64,000 nucleotides of DNA. Source: Nitrospirales bacterium (GTDB lineage: Bacteria; Nitrospirota; Nitrospiria; Nitrospirales; UBA8639). Position 1 is the stretch's first letter. Every line of letters starts with the position of its first letter. Shown here one piece after another: positions 37,469 through 46,581 of this stretch. The notes below the pieces were generated by a model. That model saw only the letters and a list, made by a program, of their open reading frames with translations, was not told the origin of the DNA and did no database searches. The DNA is taken from positions 95,615 through 159,614 of the forward strand of contig OZ252040.1 of assembly GCA_965247845.1 (NCBI GenBank), given 5' to 3'. Made by a program: the position numbers and the translations under genes.

Positions 37469-38944
37469 TTGCAGCGCATAATTGGGACAGAAACCGAGTT
37501 TGGTGTTGCCTCGCGCCATGTCCACACATCTGATCCCGTTGAGAATTCCCTCCAACTCATCAGTTATTACCCTTCTCTCATGACCCCCCAAGCTATTTGG
37601 GACTACGAGAACGAAAACCCTCTGCGAGATGCTCGAGGGTTTGAAGTAGAGGGTGACCGCGAATGGCCGGGCCCTGAGTATAATCGTGCGCTCAATAAGT
37701 TGTTGGCGAATGCCGGTCGACTGTATGTCGATGGAGCGCATCCCGAGTATTCGACGCCGGAATGTAGTACGGCTCGAGAACTGGTCGCGTATGAACGGGC
37801 CGGTGAACTCATCGCCGCCAAATGCTTGGAAGCCATGAATCGTACGGCAGGGGGAGACCGGTATGTGCTGTACAAAAATAACTCTGATGGAAAAGGGAAT
37901 AGTTACGGGTACCATGAAAATTATTTGATGGCCCGTTCAGTGCCATTCGACACGATTCTTCAGGTGTTGTTGCCGTTCTTTGTCTCGCGTCCCATCTTTG
38001 CGGGGTCAGGGAAAGTCGGATCTGAAAATGGGGCCGCGCGCACGAAGTATCAAATCTCTCAACGCGCGGACTTTTTTGAATGCGTGGCGGATCTCAACAC
38101 CATGGTCAAACGACCCCTTGTCAATACACGTGATGAGCCTCATGCGGACAGCGCGCGGTTTCGACGGTTACATGTCATTGTCGGTGACGCCAATATGGCG
38201 GAACTGTCCACGTATTTAAAGGTCGGGACTACAGCGATTGTGACGCATATGTTGGACGAGGGCGCCGACATCCCCTCATGTGTGCTGGAAAATCCCGTGG
38301 AAGCCATCAAGATCGTCTCACGTGATCTCACCATGAAGGCCGATCTGAAATTGTCCAAAGGAGGGGTGACCAATGCGCTGGCCATCCAACGCGCCTATCT
38401 CCGGGCCGCACATGATTTTTATGCCTGTCGCGAGTTGTCGCCCGCGACGAAGGATATTTTGGTGAGGTGGGAAACCGTCCTGAATAAACTCGAGCAGGAT
38501 CCGAGGCAATTGGTTGCGGAACTTGATTGGGTCGCGAAACAACAAATGATCGAGTCGTACATGGACCGAAAAGGCTGTGGATGGGATGATCCGCGTGTCG
38601 CCTTGATGGACTTGCAATACCATGATATTCGGCCGGAAAAAGGGCTGTATTATACGCTCGAACGGAGCCGCCGTATCGAGCGGTTGCTGGATGATGAAGA
38701 GATTGCCAGCGCAGAGTTTCATGCGCCACGGGGCACTCGAGCCTATTTCCGCGCTGCCTGTCTTCAGAAATTTCCCCACCAAATCTATGGGGCCAGTTGG
38801 ACATCGGTGCTCTTCGACGTGGGAGATCTCTCCGTCAAACGGGTTCCGTTAATGGATCCATGGAGGGGGACGCAAGATTTGACCAATGAGTTGTTGGAGG
38901 GCGTGGAGACGGCGCAACAACTCCTGGATCGGTTATCGGCTTAA
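37469..38944 (+). CDS. dop: Pup deamidase/depupylase Dop
   Basis: TTG start gives (M)QRIIGTETEFGV. WDYENENPLRDARGF matches the Dop-specific segment of mycobacterial Dop. Confidence 0.9.
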   Translation: MQRIIGTETEFGVASRHVHTSDPVENSLQLISYYPSLMTPQAIWDYENENPLRDARGFEVEGDREWPGPEYNRALNKLLANAGRLYVDGAHPEYSTPECSTARELVAYERAGELIAAKCLEAMNRTAGGDRYVLYKNNSDGKGNSYGYHENYLMARSVPFDTILQVLLPFFVSRPIFAGSGKVGSENGAARTKYQISQRADFFECVADLNTMVKRPLVNTRDEPHADSARFRRLHVIVGDANMAELSTYLKVGTTAIVTHMLDEGADIPSCVLENPVEAIKIVSRDLTMKADLKLSKGGVTNALAIQRAYLRAAHDFYACRELSPATKDILVRWETVLNKLEQDPRQLVAELDWVAKQQMIESYMDRKGCGWDDPRVALMDLQYHDIRPEKGLYYTLERSRRIERLLDDEEIASAEFHAPRGTRAYFRAACLQKFPHQIYGASWTSVLFDVGDLSVKRVPLMDPWRGTQDLTNELLEGVETAQQLLDRLSA

Positions 38945-38967
38945 ACGGAGAATGTAAAAACATCGGT

Positions 38968-39819
38968 ATGAGGTTGGTTGGTATGGAATCGATCGTGTCC
39001 AAAATGCCCGTGAGTCAGTGTTCGAGCTTTTTTGATTTTATTCATCAAACTCGGCCCGAACTGACACCCGCCGTGCGGTGGGGGACCGGAGGCCACCCAT
39101 CGGTGTCGGTGGATGAGATGCAACGGAATTTCTTGTCGCAGCTCTCTCACGGTACGACCGTGCTGGCCATTAAATACGATAAGGGCGTGGTGATCGTCGG
39201 CGATCGACGTGCAATCGAAGGGTATCAAGTCGCTTCGCGGCGCATGGAGAAGGTCTTTAAAACCGATAGCCATTCCGCCATCGCCATTGCGGGTGCTGCG
39301 GGACCGTGCCTGGAAATGGCCAAGTTGTTTGGTATTGAACTGGAACATTATGAAAAACTGGATAGAGTGTCGTTATCCTGCGAAGGAAAGGCAAATCGTT
39401 TGGGGCAAATGGTGAAAGCGAATTTGCCTATGGTCATGCAAGGGTTGGTCGTGATTCCGCTGTTTGTGGGTTTTGATTTTAAACAACGACAAGGTCGGAT
39501 TTTTAAATATGATGTTACGGGTGGGAAATATGAAGAAACGGAGTATCACTCGGTAGGGTCTGGAGGAAAGGATGCCCGGGTGACCATCAAAGAACGGTTT
39601 CGCAAAAATCTGTCTCAACAAGACGTGATCACCCTCGCGCTTCAGGCGCTCTTGAGCGCCGCAGAAGAGGACGTGGGTACCGGGGGACCCGATGTCTTAC
39701 GAGGCATTTATCCCACCATCAAAGTCGTCGATGCCCAAGGCGTGCAGGATGTTGAAGATGCTGAGGTGGCGTCCCTGTACGATCAGGTCGCTCGCTCGAG
39801 ATCTGAACAGGAATCCTAA
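38968..39819 (+). CDS. prcB: Proteasome subunit beta PrcB (with propeptide)
   Basis: ~60-aa propeptide, then the HG/TTVLAIKYDKGVVIVGDRRA catalytic Thr context. Confidence 0.9.
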   Translation: MRLVGMESIVSKMPVSQCSSFFDFIHQTRPELTPAVRWGTGGHPSVSVDEMQRNFLSQLSHGTTVLAIKYDKGVVIVGDRRAIEGYQVASRRMEKVFKTDSHSAIAIAGAAGPCLEMAKLFGIELEHYEKLDRVSLSCEGKANRLGQMVKANLPMVMQGLVVIPLFVGFDFKQRQGRIFKYDVTGGKYEETEYHSVGSGGKDARVTIKERFRKNLSQQDVITLALQALLSAAEEDVGTGGPDVLRGIYPTIKVVDAQGVQDVEDAEVASLYDQVARSRSEQES

Positions 39820-40502
39820 TGTCTCTTCCGTTTTATGTTTCCCCCGAACAATTAATGCAGGATAAGGCGGAGTATGCCAAAAAAGGCATTGCCAAGGGAC
39901 GGTCGATTGTTGCCATCGAATACCAGGATGGCGTGCTCTTTATGGCGGATAATCCAAGCGATTCGTTGTTCAAGATCTCCGAAATTTACGACAATATTGC
40001 CTTTTCAGGAGCAGGGAGATACAGCGAATTTGAAAGTTTGCGAAAAGCAGGCATTCAACATGCAGATTTGAAAGGGTTTATGTATAGTCGTGAAGATGTC
40101 ACGGCTCGTTCGTTGGCAAATGGCTATTCGCAAACCTTGGGCACGATTTTTAGTCAGGAACTGAAACCCTTCGAAGTAGAAATTCTGTTAGCCCAAATTG
40201 GAGACAGTCCTGAGAATACGGAATTGTATCGCATCGCGTTCGATGGGACGATTGTTCACGAAAAGCAATTTGTGGCAATTGGGGGACGTTCAGACACCTT
40301 AGTCTCTGCCCTGCGCACGGTGGGTTCGGAAGACGTCTTAGATCTGAAAGCTGCCCTCACCCAGTGCATGAAAGCCCTCGAGACCGCGACGGATCAGAAA
40401 ATTTCACTTCATGCGCTCGAAGTTGCGCTACTCGATCGGACCCGTACCGGGCGAAAGTTTCGTCGGGTTAGCGTAGAAGAAGCCAGCGCCCTTCTTTCAT
40501 AA
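39819..40502 (+). CDS. prcA: Proteasome subunit alpha PrcA
   Basis: MSLPFYVSPEQLMQDKAEYAKKGIAKGRSIVAI... parallels mycobacterial PrcA. TAATG overlap with prcB. Confidence 0.9.
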   Translation: MSLPFYVSPEQLMQDKAEYAKKGIAKGRSIVAIEYQDGVLFMADNPSDSLFKISEIYDNIAFSGAGRYSEFESLRKAGIQHADLKGFMYSREDVTARSLANGYSQTLGTIFSQELKPFEVEILLAQIGDSPENTELYRIAFDGTIVHEKQFVAIGGRSDTLVSALRTVGSEDVLDLKAALTQCMKALETATDQKISLHALEVALLDRTRTGRKFRRVSVEEASALLS

Positions 40503-40605
40503 TCTCCCCTTTTTGGTTGGCGTCTCTTCCATCCGGTATTCAGTTGAAGCGGGGGAGGGAGAGGTGTATGCTCCATCTACGTCGCGTCTAGGCGAAGATG
40601 AGCAT

Positions 40606-41979
40606 ATGAAACGAATTTTTGGACTCGAGTGTGAATACGGCCTGACCTTTTCGCCCAACGGTCGGGTGTATCTGCCCATTGAAAAAATCCTGGGATATAT
40701 TTTTGAAGGACTGATTCCGAATAGCTGGCCATCCAATGCCTTCCTCACGAATGGGGCCAGATTTTATCAAGACACCGGATGCCATCCTGAATATTCGACT
40801 CCAGAGTGCGATGATATTTTTGAGTTGGTGGTTCATGAAAAGGCCGGAGAGCGGATTCTCGAATCCTGTTTGCCCGCAGCCGAAGAACGCCTCCGGGAAG
40901 AAGGGCTCGCCGGCGATATCTATATTTTTAAAAACAACACTGATTCCTTGGGGAATACCTATGGGTCCCATGAAAATTTTCTGATGCAGCGTGACGTTGA
41001 TTTTTGGAAAGTGGCTGAACAGCTCATTCCATTTTTTGTGACGCGACAAATTTTTTCAGGCTCCGGTAAAGTTCTCAAGGTCTCGGGCAAACCGCACTAT
41101 TTCATTTCTCAGCGAGCCCAGCATATTCACGAAAAAACCTCTTCCTCCACGACGTCGTCCCGAAGCATTATCAACACCCGTGATGAGCCGCATGCCGATG
41201 CCGAACGGTATCGACGCCTCCACATCATTCTGGGGGATTCGAATATGTCGGAGTTTGCCATTTACCTGAAGGTCGGCACGGCGGATCTGGTGCTTTCCAT
41301 GATCGAAGAAGGGCACTTTCTCAAGGGAATTGAATTAGAAGATCCCGTCAAGGCCATCAGAGAAATTTCTCGAGACCCCACGTTGAAGAAAAAGGTGAAG
41401 TTGGATGATGGGCGGGAGTGTTCCGCCTTGGAAATTCAACGGATCTATTTGGAAAAAGCCTCGGAGTTTCTCCACGCCCGACCCTATGATAAAGTGCTGG
41501 CTGATGTCTTAACAGAGTGGGAACGCGTATTGAATGCGTTAGAGGATGACCCCATGCAGTTGGTGCGAGAGATCGATTGGGTGACGAAACAATGGGTGAT
41601 CCAATCGTATATCGACAGAAAAGGGTGCGGGTGGGATGATCCGCGAGTGGCGATGATGGATCTGCAATATCACGATGTGAACCGGAAGCGGGGCCTCTAT
41701 TATATTTTAGAGGCGCATGAGAAAACGGTGAAGATGGTGGATGAGCAAGCCATTGAACGCGCAATGTCCGTGCCGCCCCAGTCTACCCGCGCCAAGGTTC
41801 GAGGAGATTTTATTCGATTTGCCCGAGCCAAAAATCGATCCTACACGGTGGATTGGACCTATTTGAAATTAAATGGATATTGGGAAGAAACAATCTTGTG
41901 TATGGATCCCTTTTGTGCGTTCAATCGGCGGGTTGATGAATTGCTGGCTCAAGTATCTGCCGCTCCCCTGTATACATGA
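40606..41979 (+). CDS. pafA: Pup--protein ligase PafA
   Basis: MKRIFGLECEYG..., NGARFYQDTGCHPEYSTPEC, IYIFKNNTDSLGNTYGSHENF parallel PafA. Start at ATG 40606; the ORF track gives 40513. Confidence 0.9.
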   Translation: MKRIFGLECEYGLTFSPNGRVYLPIEKILGYIFEGLIPNSWPSNAFLTNGARFYQDTGCHPEYSTPECDDIFELVVHEKAGERILESCLPAAEERLREEGLAGDIYIFKNNTDSLGNTYGSHENFLMQRDVDFWKVAEQLIPFFVTRQIFSGSGKVLKVSGKPHYFISQRAQHIHEKTSSSTTSSRSIINTRDEPHADAERYRRLHIILGDSNMSEFAIYLKVGTADLVLSMIEEGHFLKGIELEDPVKAIREISRDPTLKKKVKLDDGRECSALEIQRIYLEKASEFLHARPYDKVLADVLTEWERVLNALEDDPMQLVREIDWVTKQWVIQSYIDRKGCGWDDPRVAMMDLQYHDVNRKRGLYYILEAHEKTVKMVDEQAIERAMSVPPQSTRAKVRGDFIRFARAKNRSYTVDWTYLKLNGYWEETILCMDPFCAFNRRVDELLAQVSAAPLYT

Positions 41980-42905
41980 AATTGCCTTCCCTTTGGTTTG
42001 CTTCACACACACATATCGTCACTCGCCCGTGGCTCATAGCGCTGGTGTTGGTTCTGGCGAGCATGTTCCCGGTCAATCTTTTTTTCACGGAAGGGCCTCA
42101 GCATTCCGTGGGGGCCGATGGACAATTCAGTGGCAAACAAGGGGAAGTGTTGCTTGTGACGGTCCCTGTCTATGACCGGCCGGATCGAGTCGCAGGGAAA
42201 TTTTTACAACGAACGCTGACGTTTTTCCCTATCAAGGAACAGGTGTATGCCGGACTGTTGGGGTTGGATATGCAAGATCACCCCGGCCAGCATGAACTCA
42301 CGATTGAGGTCGTCTATCCTCAGCGGACAGAACATCGTAGTCTGTCGGTGCTGGTGATGAAGACAGAGTACCCCGTGCAACGGTTGACCTTACCCTCCCA
42401 AATGGTGGATCTCGATCAGGAAACCCTTGTCCGGGTCAAGACCGAATCCAGCGCTGTCCACCAAGCTTTTGGCAGTGTTGTGCCGCATCCACTGTGGAAG
42501 GGAGGATTTCTTGAGCCGGTTCAGGGGAAAATATCCGGGCGATTCGGCAGTCGACGGTTCATTAATGGGCAACCCAGAAACCCTCATAGTGGTGAAGACA
42601 TCGCGGCTCCCGAAGGAACTCCCGTGTTAGCCATGAATGACGGGATGGTGCGACTCACCATGGATCACTTTTTTTCGGGAAAAGGGGTGATCGTGGACCA
42701 TGGGCTTGGCCTCTTCTCCATGTATTTTCACTTATCCAGCGTGGACGTGGAGCAAGACCAAGCCGTTAAGAAAGGTCAGGCGATTGGAAAAGTCGGCTCC
42801 ACGGGACGGGCGACCGGCCCGCATCTTCATTGGGGGGTGCGACTCAATGGCTCACGGGTTGATCCTTACTCGCTGCTTCATCTGACGTTTGGCGAACAAT
42901 CGTAA
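41976..42905 (+). CDS. Membrane-anchored M23 family metallopeptidase
   Basis: ATGA overlap with the pafA stop. TM anchor WLIALVLVLASMF. M23 blocks HSGEDIAAPEGTPV and GSTGRATGPHLHWGV. Confidence 0.85.
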   Translation: MKLPSLWFASHTHIVTRPWLIALVLVLASMFPVNLFFTEGPQHSVGADGQFSGKQGEVLLVTVPVYDRPDRVAGKFLQRTLTFFPIKEQVYAGLLGLDMQDHPGQHELTIEVVYPQRTEHRSLSVLVMKTEYPVQRLTLPSQMVDLDQETLVRVKTESSAVHQAFGSVVPHPLWKGGFLEPVQGKISGRFGSRRFINGQPRNPHSGEDIAAPEGTPVLAMNDGMVRLTMDHFFSGKGVIVDHGLGLFSMYFHLSSVDVEQDQAVKKGQAIGKVGSTGRATGPHLHWGVRLNGSRVDPYSLLHLTFGEQS

Positions 42906-42932
42906 CTTCAGATGTTTCTCTGAAACCTATCC

Positions 42933-43472
42933 ATGAACAATATCTGTGTCTTTTGTGGCTCCAGTACTGGGATGGGGCATCGTTATGTTGAGATGGCTCG
43001 GCTATTGGGGAAAGAGCTTGCCGCGCGTGGGCTGGGATTAGTCTATGGTGCGGGCAATATGGGGTTGATGGAAGTGGTGGCTGAAGCCTGTCTTGCCGAA
43101 GGCGGTCGGGTTCTTGGCGTCATTCCTCAGTTTATGGCGGACAAACAATTGGCTCGGCACGACTTATCCGCTCTTCATGTGGTTGGGTCAATGCATGAGC
43201 GTAAAGCCCTCATGGCGGATTTGGCTGATGCCTTTATTGGGCTGCCTGGCGGATACGGCACGCTAGAAGAATTTTGTGAGATGATCACCTGGCGACAGCT
43301 TCAGTTACATCATAAACCCTGTGGGCTCTTAAACGTCGATGGATTTTTCGATTCACTCCTGACTTTTTGGGATCATCAGACACGGGAAGGGTTTCTGGCC
43401 CCTGAAAATCGAGGGTTGGTTCTTGTTGCCGATGATCCGGCGATGTTGCTCGATCTTCTGCATGAAGCCTGA
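42933..43472 (+). CDS. LOG family protein (TIGR00730-type nucleotide phosphoribohydrolase)
   Basis: VFCGSS, GLVYGAGNMGLM, PGGYGTLEE motifs. Confidence 0.85.
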   Translation: MNNICVFCGSSTGMGHRYVEMARLLGKELAARGLGLVYGAGNMGLMEVVAEACLAEGGRVLGVIPQFMADKQLARHDLSALHVVGSMHERKALMADLADAFIGLPGGYGTLEEFCEMITWRQLQLHHKPCGLLNVDGFFDSLLTFWDHQTREGFLAPENRGLVLVADDPAMLLDLLHEA

Positions 43473-43543
43473 AGCCCGGGGAGGGGGAAATCCGGTGAAT
43501 TGGTGAAAAACGTTGACCGATTCACCGGCACGGTTCAGGTTCC

Positions 43544-44347
43544 TTAGTAGGCCGGTGGTCGAGAAAGTGGTTCGCTCGCAACCAGTTCCACTGCGCGCAG
43601 GTTATCAAATGCGAATTTCCCACTCCCGGTAGTCAGGAGTCCGATTTGCCCTGTCTTGAAGGTGGAATCATAAACCGAGAGGAAGAATTGGTTGTCGAAC
43701 GAAATTTCAAAAAATTCTTTGCTCACAATCGTATTTCTCTGGACTCGCAGGAAATGCCATGGCGTTCTTTTTCTCGGAATGACCTCATGCTCCTCGATCA
43801 GAGTGGGTTTCCCATCGGAAAAACGATAGGCCTTGACCATATTGCTTGCCGGATAAATGAGGATGGCATAGAAGTTGTCGAGATCTTGCAGCCCCAACAC
43901 CAAGCCGGCCGCCGAAGTTGGTGTGCCGAGCTTAGAAAGGATGCCTACCGTGAAGTCGACATATTCCATACGAATCGTTTCATTGATAAGAAGTTGATAG
44001 CAACTGGGATCTGAGCAGGAGGTCGATTGTAACAAGACATGGGTCCGACTTGGAGCGTCGCCGTCTGTAATAACTGTCCATTCCCCAGGGTACCCGTGCC
44101 CCAAGGTATGAGAGGCAAACCCGGGAGGAAGAACCGAATCCAGATTTTTTTCAAAATTCCATTCCTGAAAAATTGGAGGAGTATGTCGTAAGACGGCTCG
44201 AGGAAGTTCCTTCAAAGGCCCGGCGTCTTCTGCGAAAAGATCAGGAATTCCTGTACAAAGGACCAACACGAGGGCTGCCAAGCCGAGGATGAGGCCACGA
44301 GAACGAATGCAGGAGGCTGCGGTCTTAAAATGAGCTGTTTTGTGCAT
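43544..44347 (-). CDS. Secreted hypothetical protein (possible jelly-roll/DUF1080-like)
   Basis: Start placed at ATG 44347 (signal LILGLAALVLVLCTGIPDLFA). The C-terminal GQIGLLTTGSGKFAFDNLRAVEL resembles lectin-fold DUF1080 ends. Tentative. Confidence 0.45.
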   Translation of the reverse strand: MHKTAHFKTAASCIRSRGLILGLAALVLVLCTGIPDLFAEDAGPLKELPRAVLRHTPPIFQEWNFEKNLDSVLPPGFASHTLGHGYPGEWTVITDGDAPSRTHVLLQSTSCSDPSCYQLLINETIRMEYVDFTVGILSKLGTPTSAAGLVLGLQDLDNFYAILIYPASNMVKAYRFSDGKPTLIEEHEVIPRKRTPWHFLRVQRNTIVSKEFFEISFDNQFFLSVYDSTFKTGQIGLLTTGSGKFAFDNLRAVELVASEPLSRPPAY

Positions 44348-44470
44348 GAATGTCACCAAATTAGTAAATACTTGCCAATGAGTTGCCTGCTGGATCATAC
44401 GAAGAAAAAGTCTCTTGCTGCAAGGTGACAAAAGGAGAGAACCTGCCGTCTGACATGAAGGAACGCACAG

Positions 44471-45178
44471 ATGCCGTGGTGGCCAAGATCCGTTCAAGCC
44501 GATGAACGCGCGACGTGGTTGGCGTTCATTCCAATCTGTCTAACAGGATTCTTTTATCTTCTCCCTTCTTCGGCCCAGCAGAATCTGCTCCTGCAATTTT
44601 TACCGCAACTCGCCGGATACGGTGCGCTCGTCATATGGTGGCAATCCAATACCGATACGCTGACCGCGCTGGGACTCTCTCGGGGCTCCCTGAATCAAGG
44701 CATCGTTTGGGGGATAAGCACGGGGTGTGTCTTAGGGGTGGTGAATTCGACTGTGATCCTGTGGATGGTGCCGATGCTTGGTGGCGACATTCTGTTTTTG
44801 ACCGACACGCCTCATGCCAAGGTTCCCCCGTTCGTCATGATCCCCTGGTTCATTGTTTTGATCGCGGTCGGAGTCGAATTAAATTTTCGAGGATTTCTCT
44901 TAGGCAGACTGGAGAGTTTTTGTTGTCAATGGATGTCGACATCGTCTGCAAACGGTCTCCGGCTTTGTTCTCTCGTTGCGATGCTGATTTCCGCATTGGT
45001 TTTTGCGTTCGATCCCTTTATGGTGATGACGTTTCGGCATCTCCACTGGATCGCTCTATGGGATGGACTCATTTGGGCGGCGCTCTTTTTGCGATGGCGA
45101 AACTTGGTGACGGTTATTATGGCTCATGCCATTGAGGTGATGATCCTGTATCTCAGCGTTAGAGTAGCGCTCACGTGA
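44471..45178 (+). CDS. CPBP family intramembrane metalloprotease (CAAX/Abi type)
   Basis: Multi-TM protein with E-x-x-F-R-G type motif (VELNFRGFLLGRL) and a late His motif (MAHAIEV). Confidence 0.65.
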   Translation: MPWWPRSVQADERATWLAFIPICLTGFFYLLPSSAQQNLLLQFLPQLAGYGALVIWWQSNTDTLTALGLSRGSLNQGIVWGISTGCVLGVVNSTVILWMVPMLGGDILFLTDTPHAKVPPFVMIPWFIVLIAVGVELNFRGFLLGRLESFCCQWMSTSSANGLRLCSLVAMLISALVFAFDPFMVMTFRHLHWIALWDGLIWAALFLRWRNLVTVIMAHAIEVMILYLSVRVALT

Positions 45179-45242
45179 TTCCTGTGAACCGGCCGCGAGT
45201 TCGGCCATCGGGTAGAGTGATGAACAAAAGAGGAGCCATGTC

Positions 45243-45668
45243 ATGGACGAGCTTGTCAAACCCATCGTGCAGGCCTTTTTGGTTTGCGATTCAGTGATCC
45301 TGGACAGTTTTACCAGAAAGAAGAGCATCATCGGCACGTTCACGCACCTGTGGGCGGCACGATTTCCCTGCCAACATCACCAAATGGGAGTCTATTTTTG
45401 TTTGACGGACGCGGAAGGGCATTATGAATTTGAACTTCGGCTCGTGTATTTGGACCAGGATCAACTCATTGGGAAAGCCTCGTTGCCATCGGTTGAAATC
45501 AAAGACCGGCTACAGATTCATGATTTCGGTGTCAACATTCCCTCTTTGGTCTTTCCGGGACCAGGCCGGTATGAGTTTCGATTATTTGCGAATGGCTACT
45601 TCGTTACTCAAAAAGATTTCAATGTGATTCAACAACCGCCTCCGCAGCACAAGCCTGAATCCTCGTAA
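45243..45668 (+). CDS. Hypothetical 141-aa protein
   Basis: Clean ORF with a coding look. Possibly DUF6941-like (FLVCDSV...KKSIIGTF), recalled only weakly. Confidence 0.4.
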   Translation: MDELVKPIVQAFLVCDSVILDSFTRKKSIIGTFTHLWAARFPCQHHQMGVYFCLTDAEGHYEFELRLVYLDQDQLIGKASLPSVEIKDRLQIHDFGVNIPSLVFPGPGRYEFRLFANGYFVTQKDFNVIQQPPPQHKPESS

Positions 45669-45730
45669 CAGTGCCAACCATTTTTTGGCCCTGACAATCC
45701 AGGATGTTGCTATCCTGAACCCTTCTTCTA

Positions 45731-45779
45731 TCATTCTGAACGCAGCGAAAGAATCTGTAGGGCCGCATCTCATACGGCC
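45731..45779. repeat. Adjacent R2-like and R3 half repeats
   Basis: TCATTCTGAACGCAGCGAAAGAATCT followed by TGTAGGGCCGCATCTCATACGGCC. Confidence 0.6.
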
Positions 45780-45944
45780 TAGAGAAGACGCGATAAGATC
45801 GCGCCCGACAAGACACAAGATGACAAGGGAAGGGTTAAAGAACAAGCAAGACAGGCTTTTCCGACAAGCGCCGGGCCTTGACTTTTTGAAGGCAGGCTTT
45901 ATCTGAAAACATAGAAGCGCTTCAATAGAAACAGAAAACTCTAA

Positions 45945-46086
45945 GGAACCTCTGATTTATTGTGATAGCGGGATACAGGGCAAGGCGTCCCGCAGCGAAA
46001 CCCGAGACATATCAAGTCGATAGGCGAGGGTTGAGCGAGGACACCACACCGCCATGCGCCCGATGGTGCCATAAATCAGAGATTCC
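45945..46086 (-). mobile_element. 142-bp MITE, copy B (inverted relative to copy A)
   Basis: Reverse complement differs from copy A at 5 positions with no indels. Flanked by the direct repeat CTAA/CTAA. Confidence 0.85.
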
Positions 46087-46119
46087 CTAACGGTAGATAC
46101 GGACAAGAGGAGGTGCACA

Positions 46120-46560
46120 ATGCTGGTCAAATGGAATCCGTTTCAAGAAATCGAGCGAACATTAGGGTGGTGGGGAACGCAGCCGTTTCGACGTCCGCAG
46201 TGGGATGATCCACAGGCGTCAACGGTCAATTGGGTTCCACCGGTGAATGTCTATGAAGATAAAGAAGCCTTGTTTGTAGAAGCACAATTGCCGGGCATTG
46301 ACATGAACGATGTGAAAATATCGGTAACTGACCATACGTTACAACTTCACGGAGAACGAAAAGAAGAACGTGAAGAGAGCCAAGAGAACTATCATTTCCG
46401 TGAAGCCCAATATGGGGCTTTTGCTCGGAGCTTCCGTCTCCCCAACTACGTGAAACCGGAGCAGGCGACGGCACGGTATGATAAAGGCGTGCTGACCGTG
46501 CAGGTTCCCAAGCTAGAAGAAACCAAGCCCAAATCGATCCCGATCGACGTCAAGGGATAA
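46120..46560 (+). CDS. Hsp20/alpha-crystallin small heat-shock protein
   Basis: PPVNVYEDKEALFVEAQLPGI...GVLTVQVPK alpha-crystallin domain. Confidence 0.9.
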   Translation: MLVKWNPFQEIERTLGWWGTQPFRRPQWDDPQASTVNWVPPVNVYEDKEALFVEAQLPGIDMNDVKISVTDHTLQLHGERKEEREESQENYHFREAQYGAFARSFRLPNYVKPEQATARYDKGVLTVQVPKLEETKPKSIPIDVKG

Positions 46561-46581
46561 CGGGAACCCAATGAACGTGTT

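Noticed and set aside
38622-38852. Small plus-strand ORFs inside dop/prcB/prcA/pafA as hidden pup candidates (38622-38852, 39209-39415, 39874-40071, 40736-40984)
   Set aside because: None ends in GGQ/GGE or [ST]G[EQ], and none has the acidic helical character of Pup. All are fully embedded in other frames of strong genes.
44515-45135. 206-aa plus-strand ORF overlapping the CPBP gene in another frame
   Set aside because: Its translation is Arg-rich with no TM helices or motifs. The 44471-45178 frame gives a coherent multi-TM CPBP protein.
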